NCBI GenBank assembly: GCA_951406725.2
Contig: OX597827.1
Location: 56,668,001 to 56,732,000 of the forward strand
Source: Octopus vulgaris
Taxonomy: Eukaryota
Direction: 5' to 3'
Length of the DNA: 64,000 nucleotides
Shown here: positions 26,315-36,717 of the stretch, one piece after another
Layout: each line of letters begins with the position of its first letter
Numbering within the stretch: position 1 is the stretch's first letter
Program-made: the position numbers and the translations under genes
Notes under the pieces: model-generated
Database searches by the model: none
Told to the model about the DNA's origin: nothing
The model's input: only the letters and a program-made list of their open reading frames with translations

Positions 26315-26529
26315 AGGGTATCTACGAGATACCGCCATGCTGAAAATAGCAGCCAAAATCTGACTCTAAAACCACATTAAATGTTCATACAACACAAGGA
26401 GAGAAGACAAAAAGACTAGTTTATTTTGTCTTTTTGTCTTCTCTCCTTGTGCTGTATGAACATTTAATGTGGTTTTAGAGTCAGATTTTGGCTGCTATTT
26501 TCAGCATGGTAGTATCTTGTAGATACCCT
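26315..26529. mobile_element. Palindromic MITE/foldback with ~100-bp arms
   Basis: AGGGTATCTACGAGATACC... is the reverse complement of ...GTATCTTGTAGATACCCT, with few mismatches and a short loop. Confidence 0.85.
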
Positions 26530-27030
26530 AAATTATAATTTTATATATATATATACACACACACACAGTGTGGTGAATGAAAATAACACTGATATCTCAC
26601 CGTTAAATACAACAATCGATATAGTCACGGTGCAATATGTATTTTTTGTGGGGGCCCAAGGGTGGAAAACTGAAGAGTCGGCCCAGGTGGCACACACTCT
26701 AGCTACACCATTGGATCTAGCGGTAGACCAAGAATGAGATGATTGGATAATATCCATTGTCTCCATTGGTCATGCTTAGGAATTCAGCCAGAAAATGTAA
26801 TGATAGTTACTTCTGATAGAACCCTATGGAAGAGGTGCCAAGGGGTCGCTACACCCAAGAATAGTGGGTCGATGGATAATAGTGAAAGAAAGATGACTGA
26901 GTGGTTTTTGCTTTTCTTGATTAGAATGATGTCAGTGAGAGTTGAAAATGCATTTTCCTGTTATCTATCTCCATTATAAAAGACAGTCACAAATGCTTAA
27001 CCCTTTAGCATTCAGATTACTCTGCCAAAT

Positions 27031-27422
27031 GGAGGCGCAATGGCCCAGTGGTTAGGGCAGCGGACTCGCGGTCATAGGATCGCAGTTTCGATTCCCAGAC
27101 CGGGCGTTGTGAGTGTTTATTGAGCAAAAACACCTAAAGCTCCACGAGGCTCCAGCAGGGGATGGTGGTGATCCCTGCTGTACTCTTTCACCACAACTTT
27201 CTCTCACTCTTACTTCCTGTTTCTGTTGTACCTGTATTTCAAAGGGCCGGCCTTGTCACTCTCTGTGTCACGCTGAATATCCCCGAGAACTACGTTAAGG
27301 GTACACGTGTCTGTGGAGTGCTCATCCACTTACACGTTAATTTCATGAGCAGACTGTTCCGTTGATTCGGATCAACCGGAACGCTCGTCGTCATAACCGA
27401 CGGAGTGCTTCCTAAAAAAAAA
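27031..27422 (+). mobile_element. SINE family C (OR-like), tail type 1, inserted in a piggyBac-like MITE
   Basis: 12-bp TSD ACTCTGCCAAAT at 27019-27030 and 27423-27434; poly(A) tail. Confidence 0.9.
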
Positions 27423-27786
27423 ACTCTGCCAAATATAATGATTATGTATTCACATTGCTTTGAATTAATCAGGCTTTGTCTCATAGCTTTGAGATTTCAA
27501 TGATGCAGTTGCATATTTCTAGAATGACAACATTGTTGGGTAGGTGTGAGAAGCTGGATCAGGCCAGTTTGAACTTAAAACAGGTGGAATATTTGGACTG
27601 GATATGGCTGGTTTGAATGCTGACAGATTAAGTTGCCCATACAGCCAAAAATAACTATCCACAGTTGTTTTCCGGTAAAAATTAAGCAACCAAAATCTCT
27701 TACAAATTATTACACTGTAACAGAATTAAATTTTTTTTGTTTTTGGTCAGTAAGTGTTATTTAATTCTATCTAGAAAATCAATAAG

Positions 27787-28180
27787 TGTTATTTGCTTCT
27801 ATCTAGAAATCTAAGGAAATCACTATTATTCCCTTCAAACTTTGCGTTAGTGACCTGGACATCAATGTTTTCAAACTGATCTATTTTCCATTAAATTTCA
27901 GACAGAATCAGTTGTTGAATTGCTGAAGTAGAGATATCGTTATAGCAAATGTTCTACTCAATAGCACAGATTTGCTTGTCAGATGTTTGACCGTAACCAG
28001 TTGAGCATGTCCCTTAGTGGCTGACAATATGTGCATCTCTGATCATGAGCAGGAATAGTGGGTGAGCAATCATAGCCATGTGTTGAGAGGGATTCTTTGA
28101 GGTTTGAATAAATGTAACAAAAGCAAAGTCTGAACGAAATATTAGCCATTTTTCATACTTTCTAGGGGTAAGCAAATAGG
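27787..28180. mobile_element. Degenerate MITE with ~65-bp imperfect TIRs
   Basis: TATTTGCTTCTATCTAGAAA...TTCAAACTTTGC aligns with the reverse complement of GCAAAGTCTGAA...TTTCTAGGGGTAAGCAAATA. Confidence 0.5.
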
Positions 28181-28277
28181 AAATAACAGTTGCTACCCAA
28201 GGACAAAAATTGTGTTAAACAGTGTTATTTACATTATTTACATTCAACGGATATTTGTCCTCATCTTGTTTGTTGTT

Positions 28278-28323
28278 AACACAACGTTTCAGCTGATATA
28301 CCCTCCAGCCTTCTTCAGGTGTC
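28278..28323 (-). ncRNA. Minimal type I hammerhead ribozyme motif (Penelope-like/retrozyme repeat ~28225-28490)
   Basis: Minus strand: GACAC CUGAAGA A GGCUG-(10 nt)-CAGCU GAA ACGU U GUGUU, with an intact core and all stems. Confidence 0.7.
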
Positions 28324-28879
28324 TTGGGGAAATTTCGAACCTGGTTTCTCATTCCTAAAGTATTTTTCGATATTATTATTATTATTATTATTGTTATTAT
28401 TGTTCAATTCACAGCTTGGAATCAAACTCGAAATCTTGGGGTTAGTAGCTCGTGCCCTTAACCACTATGCCAAATGCCCGTGGCCTTATTGTTGTTTAAT
28501 ACCCTCTTTTCCATGTTTGCATAGGTCAGACAGAATTTTGTGGAGGTAGGTTTTCTACAGCTCAATGCCCTTCCTGTCGCAGCAGACCTTACCTAGTTTC
28601 CAAGCAAGGTAATATTTCCCATGGCTAGGCATGTTTTTCATGGATGACTGGAAACAAACAACATCGCTTGTATAACGGTGACACTTGTTTATAACAATCA
28701 CATGATGTCAAGAGAATGGTGCACACACACACAGACATCATCAACGTTCATCATTTAACATCCACTTTTCCATGCTAGTGTGGGTCAGACAGACTTTGTT
28801 GAAGTAGACATTTCTATGGCTGAATGCCTTTCCTACAGCCAATTAACCTGTTTTTAAGCAAGGTAATATTTCCTATGTT

Positions 28880-29097
28880 AAGGTGGTGAGCTGGCAGAAA
28901 CGTTAGCACGCCAAGCGAAATGCGTAGCCGTATTTCGTCTGCCGTTACGTTCCGAGTTCAAATTCCACCGAGGTCGACTTTGCCTTTCATCCTTTCGGGG
29001 TCGATAAATTAAGTACCAGTTATGCACTGGGATCGATGTAATCGACTTAATCTGTTTGTCCTCTCTGTGTTTAGCCCCTTGTGAGTAGTAAAGAAAT
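28880..29097 (+). mobile_element. SINE family B
   Basis: 19-bp TSD AGGTAATATTTCCTATGTT at 28861-28879 and 29098-29116. Confidence 0.9.
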
Positions 29098-30776
29098 AGG
29101 TAATATTTCCTATGTTCAAACATGCTTTCAACAGAAGACTGGAAATAAACAACACTGCTTGTATAACAGTGATGCTCATTTACCATCATCACATGATATC
29201 AAGACAAGAGCATACACATACACACACACACATGACAAGCTTCTATCAGTTTCTGCCAACCAAATCCACTCACAAGGCTTTAGTTGGCCCAGGGCTATAA
29301 GACACTGATTCAAGGCGTCAAGTAGTGGGACTGAACCAGAGACCACATGACTGGGAAGCAAGCTGATAAACTACACAACTACACCCTATTAAATGGGAAG
29401 GAAACAGTGTAATTGATGTAAACTTAGAGACCTCTTAAAAAGACGGGATGGTCACGGTTAGAATGTTTCTGATCATAACTCTGCTTGATCAGGGCTGACC
29501 TGGTGCTTTAATGTATTTAACAAAATTGAAAACAAAGAGACCCTGTACATCTGAACAGAACAGAGTTCTATGTTATTTCTAACTGAAGAACCAAAGCAGG
29601 GTTACAATCAGAGCTATAATGGTGACATTTGAAAAGAAGACCAGCTTCAATATTTATGAGCAAACGACAAATCTGACTACGGAAAAATCTTGATAGAAGA
29701 ATTTCACAAACTGATGCTTAGCCTCAAGTCAACTCTGATGACCACAGAGGCCTTCCAGCTTGTAACCATTTGACCATTTCGTTTTTGCCTTTCAGATATA
29801 GTATATATGTAATGCAGCAAGGTGCAGGCGAAAGAGGTTTGGCTGCTACTTCTAGCAGGTCCAGCGACCATGTAGAGAGGCACATTCGTTAGTTTCACAT
29901 ACTTTACATACTTCTGCTTTTACATATTCATGTATAACATTTAACGTTCTAGTGGAGAGAGAAGTGGGCATTATGACAGTCGTTCCTTGTTTTGTTAAAT
30001 ACTTTAAGAACAGTGTTACCAATGATTTTAGCGAAAAACAGATACATGCACAGTGCAAGAAACAGCAGCCAAATCTTCCAAATAATGCATACTGTGATCT
30101 TTAAAAAGGACACATCGGAAAGAGTTGTGTCAGGGGCTACTAATGAAGTTCGTAGTGACGTGGGGGAGAAAGGGGTTTCGTGTTTTGGGCCTGTCCTACG
30201 TCAAAGTAGTTTTGTATACAACGCAGTTTATTGCACAACATACATTAAACCCCTTTAATATCAATTTAACATTCGTAACCCTTAAAATAAAAACATTTGG
30301 AGAATTAAATAACACTAGTAGCAAAAGTAGCACTGAAACATAATGATAAACTACAAACAATTTCCTCATTGAAATTCCCAAAATTTCCTCTGCTTGTGTG
30401 TGTGTGTGTGTGTGTGTGTGTATGAGTGTGTAAAGGAGAGGGAAAATTCTTAATTAAGAACTGCAGGTTAACACAATCAAGGACGACTTTGGGACTAAAC
30501 AACAAACAACAGTAACACCCATTCAAAGAACAGAATTAAAACGAATAACAATGTTTTTTTTTTCTACGACATCCGTAAATTATACAAAACAAATATTTGG
30601 TGTCTAAACATAGTCTCTTTTTCTCTCTCTAAATATAATTTTTCTGTTTCGTTGCATCAAAGCCGGGTACTGCAGTAATTTTTTTTTCTCTTATGATAGA
30701 TTATTACGCGATTAATCAAACTGATATATATATATATGCGATATACAGATATATAGATATATAAAGTGATCCTGAC

Positions 30777-30834
30777 CTGGAGAAACACTGAAAAATTCCT
30801 TGTAAATCGCCGCCGATTTCAAGTTTTCAGAACT
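30777..30834 (-). other. Candidate non-coding 5' UTR exon (58 nt)
   Basis: Acceptor TTTGTGCGTCTGTTTATAG and donor CCAG|GTCAGG. CpG-containing unique sequence with no ATG. Confidence 0.55.
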
Positions 30835-31249
30835 CTATAAACAGACGCACAAACTCTGTCTGTTAGTATGTGTGTAGATGAAAATATAAATCACTAACTA
30901 TAAAAAAAAAAACTTGAATGTATTAGTTTGTTGTTAGTAAAAAAAATATATATACAATCTTATCATTGAAACTGTTAATACGTGTGTTGTTGGTGAAAGA
31001 AATATTTGAAAGGTCGGTGGGAGACGGAAAAAAACAGCGGCATTACATATTTACGAAAGGGAATTAGTAAACATTTACTTGTAATGATGATGTATAAATA
31101 AATAAATAAAGAAAGAAAGAAGAAAAAAACAAATGTCAGTTTCACTACACACATAGTCAACTGTTTCTGCACAGGGGCATTCAATGAAACACAACACACA
31201 CATACGTGCTTTCAATGAAAAATCTAAATATATATTAAATACACACACA

Positions 31250-31337
31250 TATATATTAAAGTAATGAATTATATACACACCCCCCGCGTATTATATATAT
31301 ATATATAAAGTAATGAATTATATACACACCCCCCGCG

Positions 31338-31395
<58 letters not shown>

Positions 31396-31445
31396 GCATA
31401 CATACATTTATATATAATACGCGGGGGGGCGGTGTATGTGTGTAG
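31250..31445. repeat. Short tandem duplication plus inverted copy around a (TA)n tract
   Basis: AAAGTAATGAATTATATACACACCCCC(C)GCGTATTA occurs twice; TAATACGCGGGGGG is inverted beyond the TA run. Confidence 0.8.
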
Positions 31446-32195
31446 GGTTTAAACAAAATAGTGATTCGCTTTTCCTTAAAAGAAACCAACACATTGGTGT
31501 GACACTCCTCTAAATATATATTTGTATGATCAAATGAGATATGTGTGTGTGTATTTGCATTTATTAAAATGCTTTTCTCAAGATTTCACTGTTTTTGAAA
31601 CGAAATTGACACTTTCATTAGCTTTTTATCGCGGACTTTTAACCTTGAATATTAAACATTTAATTCTATTTTAAGTTGTTTACATAATTTGTATTTTATC
31701 TCATGGACTATAGTGTAATTTTACTTTTCATTGATTTGAGTTCGAAATAGATAAATTGAAAACAAAACTGAAAGATCGTCATGAAATAACATGTATTTCT
31801 TCTCTATTTTTACGCCCACACACACCAGAACTTTTAAAAAAAGTTGATAGTACTTTATACTGTACAAGACGAGTGTCATCGATTTACTTTTATGGAATAC
31901 TTTCGTTCTTTAAAACACGTAGATATCCTCGTTTGTTGTTCGTAACAACCTCAGGCAAGCTCTGGGACTTCACCAATCATCCCGCCTTTAACAGTGCCCT
32001 TCTGCTTGCAAGATATTAGCGTGTGATTTGGAGGAAATTTGGCTGTTATTTGTGACAGATTAAGCGACCACATATAGGTTCTGATCCCACCTTTTATTAA
32101 ATAATAAACAATCAATTAGTTTAAAATAGAGATCGCAAGTAAATTGATTGGACCCACATTGTACAGAAGTGCCAACATTTGAGCGAGCGAGCGAG

Positions 32196-32228
<33 letters not shown>

Positions 32229-32560
32229 AAGAAAGAACGAGAGAAAGAAAGAGAGAGAAGTTCTAGTTACATGGAACAATATTTTTTTAAAGTAGAAGAA
32301 ACGGAATTTACCTGAATATAGATTTACTTGAGCAAAAACGAAAAATAAAGATAACTTTAAAAAAGAAAGATTAAAAAAAAACAAAAAAAAAACAAAAGGT
32401 AAAACCAAGTTATTTGGTTGCTTGCTCTAAACACATCGGACTTTGTTAATAAAACAAACCAAAAATGTCTAAATAGCCGAAGTAGATATTGGAAGAAGGA
32501 AATAAAACACACCAAGACTTTTAAAGCTGCATGTAAATAAAAATACACTTAATGTCATAC

Positions 32561-32700
32561 CTGTCACGCGGTTAGCGCTTGCAGCTCGCCGACAACACGA
32601 AACAACAAACTGTATGTAAGTGTGTGTTGTTGAGGAAGAACATTTAAAAGCCAGGGAAGATCGTGTAGCAACGGATTTTGTTTATACTGCGAAGAAGTAA
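32561..32700 (-). other. Candidate first (non-coding) exon; 5' boundary unknown
   Basis: Donor GACAG|GTATGA at 32560-32559 within a CpG-rich unique segment. A U-rich intron follows on the minus strand. Confidence 0.55.
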
Positions 32701-32830
32701 CGTGCTGAACCGAATAGGTTTGGCGCGCGTTTCACAAACAGAGCGCAGTTTGTGCTAGAGATTGCCTGCTGACAATTTTGGTCTTAACAATACTCGTATG
32801 AATCGCTTATTATGACGGCGTGAAAGGAAA
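32561..32830. promoter_or_regulatory. CpG-rich promoter-like region with E2F-type motif TTTGGCGC (32719-32726)
   Basis: Local CpG enrichment in non-repetitive DNA next to the candidate first-exon donor. Confidence 0.5.
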
Positions 32831-33439
32831 AATAATTACTTTTACATGTTCGTGAACAATGTTTTTATTCATATAACGGATGCTTTAGCAGCAGTGTTTC
32901 CCAACCATTTTACTCCCAGAGAAAAAAAAAGGTCCTAGGGAACCTCTTCATAAAATAATTTATTATCTATCTTAATTAAGCTTATAAATTAAATTTCGTG
33001 GAAAATTAAAGAAAATTTAAAACTTATTAGCAATCGTTGGCACTGTTGAATCCATCAGAAACCACAAAGAAGGTTTAAGAAGTTTCATCTTAACCAAAAC
33101 CTTTTTTAAAAAACCATGTCCCATAGAACTAAAAGTTATTATATAGGGGGCGGGTGGGGCAGAATGAGTAAGACTAACTGTATTTTTGACTGAGAAAAAA
33201 AAAAATTTATGTTCACCACTTTACAAATAACTACATCACCTAAACAAATGATCTTCTTTAAATTCATTGAAAATAGTATAACATATTCAGAACACTATTT
33301 CAGAAAATTAACACCATTCTCTTTGAGCATATAAAAGATAAATTTGGCTGGGGCAAAATGAGTAAGACAAGAATTACATTTGAGAAAAGACTCATACCCA
33401 TCAATATCTGTGATGTGAAGGTGGAAAAGAGAAACAGAA

Positions 33440-35065
33440 AGAAGCAGAGGGAGAATTATGGGACCTTACTTGTCTACATGAAAGGGGTCACTCACAACGT
33501 CCACATGGTCTGTCTGCTGCCGTACTGTCCAACAGGTCTACTCTTGTACACTGTCAACTAGGAACTACTCACTCATGCCTCACAGATGCCTGCATACCCA
33601 CCATAGCCCTTCTGGTGGGACCCACAGGCCTCACTCCCGATAGGGCCTGTATTCTTTCACTTCTGATCCTTCCCTCCAACACAGCCTGGCTCATAACACC
33701 ACATGTCCCACCTGATCTGAAAGATCATTCAACCAACCTGCCCACACCCTCTCCTCAACCCCGACCACACACCTTAACTTGTCTCATAATCAACCAACCA
33801 GTGAGGAGAGCACCACTCCCTCTGCGACCACTGTGGGACTTCGGAACTGGCCTCAGTCCCTGGCATGTTGCTGCCGGCTTCATCGTCTTGTCCATCGCTC
33901 CATCTTCCAACACATTGATGATCCTGTGCACGTCTAAAATATGATGTGGCATTCCATCTACGGACACATTATTCCTTGAATTTACAGAGGTTATTGTCCT
34001 CTTTCTCCATTGTGATGTGCACCGTGCATTTGGGGGTTTAACCTAGACTTCTTCCCAACCTGCCTCTTCTGCGGGTTGCAGCGATGCAGTACATGGATGT
34101 CTCCACTCATACTTGAATATTGCCCTGTGTGGCACTGACTCCTCAGCCTGTTCCAATCTGGGCAACATATTATACCAAAAAATGGCTTTGGTCAGTGAGA
34201 TGTGGCCCCTCTTTGCCATAGTCCTGATGGTATGATGATGCCTCTCCACAAACCCCATTGCCACTTGGCCGGTATGCATTCCTGAAGAAGCGGCTAACAT
34301 GCCACTTGTTGAGCATTTCCCTCAGCACCTCTGAGTGGAACACAGTGCTATTGTCCACATGCAGCTCATCCATGGGACCTTGTTCTAGGAAAATCTCATT
34401 TAGTATTCTTGTGTTTTCCTCCGCCGTCCCTGTCTTCATCTCCCTCTATATCGCCAGCCACCCTGGTCTGCAGTCGACCATTGAGAGGTATGTGCTGGTA
34501 GTGCATCACATCCACTGCCAGTTGTTTCCAGTTGTGTTCCACTGGAATGCTTCCTGCCTCATGCACACCTGGAGTGAGGTCAATGGACTGACACCTGTCA
34601 CAGCTCCCAACTACTTTCTGTACACTCTTCCTGGTCACATCAGAGTCAACCTTCCTGGTTAGGAACAGTATACTATCCACACCCATGTGATGCAGTGTAT
34701 GCAGTCTCCTCAGCTCTGCAGTCTCCTCAGCTCTGAGTCACTCAGTTGACACACTGCAACCACTTTTTGCTCTGGATCCTCTGGCACCTTCAATTAAGCT
34801 TTCTTTACTCTGGTCAGGACATCCGCTCTGTTCCTCTCAGAGGGCACAAAAACCACACTCAGCCTCAGATTGAACTCAGTAGCAAGCTCACTCAGAATTC
34901 CCAAATGGCATCTTATCAGCATCTCTGTGCTCCCTTTGGTTCATACCTTCGGCCTGCCAGTGACCGCTGATCCCACCTATCTAAGTACATTGGCCGAATC
35001 GGTCCGGATCTCGATGGTATACAGCCCCCACCTCAGGGTCAGGTTTACCGCATTCAACACAGTAT
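33440..35065 (-). mobile_element. Degenerate Gypsy-type LTR retrotransposon pol (RNase H, HHCC zinc finger, integrase core)
   Basis: HHMGVDSILFLTRK...CDRCQS, LAVDVMHY, VDNSTVF...NAYRPSGNG, VERHHHTIR. Upstream IEIRTDSA...VFVPSERNRADVLTR. Multiple frameshifts and stops. Confidence 0.85.
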
Positions 35066-35150
35066 CCAACTTGGTCACCTAGATAATGGAAGCTATCTAC
35101 TACCTCTAGTTTGCCCCACTGGCAGTTGATTGAGTCAATTTTCTGCATAT
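35066..35150 (-). mobile_element. RTE-clade reverse transcriptase C-terminal fragment
   Basis: KLEVVDSFHYLGDQV matches the LEVVxxFxYLG motif of RTE LINEs. Confidence 0.65.
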
Positions 35151-35479
35151 ATATATATATATTTGTCCTCCCATCACCACTAGACAACTAGTGCTGGTAT
35201 GTTTACGACCCTGTAATCTAATACTTCACCAAAAGAGACTGATAGAATAAGTACTAGGCTTAAAAAGTAGGTCATTGGCCAGTTTGTTTGACTAAAAGCC
35301 TTCAAGACAGTACTCCAGCATGGCCGCAGTCAAATAACTGAAACAAGTAAAGGAATATATATATGTATATATGTGTGTGTATATATATCATCATTGTCAT
35401 CGTTTAACGTCTGCTTTCCATGCTAGCATGGGTTGGACGATTTGACTGAGGACTGGCGAACCAGATGGCTGCACCAGTT

Positions 35480-35907
35480 TATAGCCAGTTAAAAGAAAAG
35501 AAAATGGAAATAAGGAAGTTAGTTATTTATTAACAAATTAGTCATCTTTGCTTCTTACAACAGTTTCATTTAATATTCAATAATTTAATTACAAATTTAT
35601 ACATTAAATTTGCATTTATGTGACATGAGCATAATTTCATCAGAGGAGGGGAAAAAAGGTACCTCGGGATGTTATAAGTGGACCTTCAATTCATGTCCAC
35701 ATATGACATCCCAAGGTAAATTTTTTTTGTTCCTCTGATGAAATTATGCTCATGTCATATAAATGCAAATTTAATCTACAAATTTGTAATTAAATCATTG
35801 AGTATTAATTGAAATGGCTGTAAGAAGCGCAGATGACCAATTTGTTAATAATAAATTATTGTTAACTTCCTTATCTCCATTTTCTCACCTTCTTTTAACT
35901 GGATATA
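35480..35907. repeat. ~430-bp inverted repeat (arms ~200 bp, loop 35684-35694), each arm with a hammerhead-like core
   Basis: Arms align as reverse complements. CTGATGA at 35735(+) and 35643(-), each followed ~70 nt later by GAAA...GTA. Confidence 0.85.
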
Positions 35908-36254
35908 TACTACATGCTTAAAGTATACCTATTGTTTTAAGGGAATTTTAATCCCCAACAATTCTAGGTGTTGAACCAGTATTTCCTTGGATGCAACCAT
36001 CCCTTCACAGGGTTAACATATCCTCATGCCAGCATGGAAGGTGGACATTAAATGATGATGATGCTTCTGTCCTGTTTTTGTACACACAAACTAATACACC
36101 TTGTTTATTGTCTCTGTCTCTGTTTTGTTTTTTTGTACAAGAATAATGAGGATTATTACAAAGTGGCATAACATTACTTGTAATTCCTTTTTATATACAG
36201 CCTTACACAGACCTACACATTTCAAGTGCATTGATTAGTGACCGATTATATATA

Positions 36255-36717
36255 CAGGTTGTTGTCGACTTACGACCACAATTCGTTCTGACTGACTGGC
36301 TGTAAGTCGATTTGGTCATAAATCAGCCTATTGGCCTACATTGCTTTGTTTTATATTTTTATATTCTTAAGGTACATTCTTAGGTAAAAGTCACACACAG
36401 CATTCTGTATTATACTGGCATTAGTCAAAAATTTTGGAGTCTCAAGCAGTCATCTTGTACACAAATGTGAGGTTGCCTCAATGTCTCTGAGACAGGATAT
36501 TCATCCAACACTTGGGATAACCACAGTGGCGCCCGATAACCAAACATAGAGCAAGCATTTGTTAGCTGCCATCATCCATAGATGGGTTAATTTCTAAGAA
36601 ATTAAACCTATTAGATTTCAAATGGATTATTTATTATTCCTGCTGGGAGCTGATGTATCAATTGTCATAAAGTTGATTGATCGCAAGTCAGATACATTGT
36701 AAGTGAACGACAACCTA
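36255..36717. mobile_element. Tigger/pogo-like MITE
   Basis: TA-CAGGTTGTTGTCGACTTAC...GTAAGTGAACGACAACCTA-TA imperfect TIRs. Confidence 0.7.
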
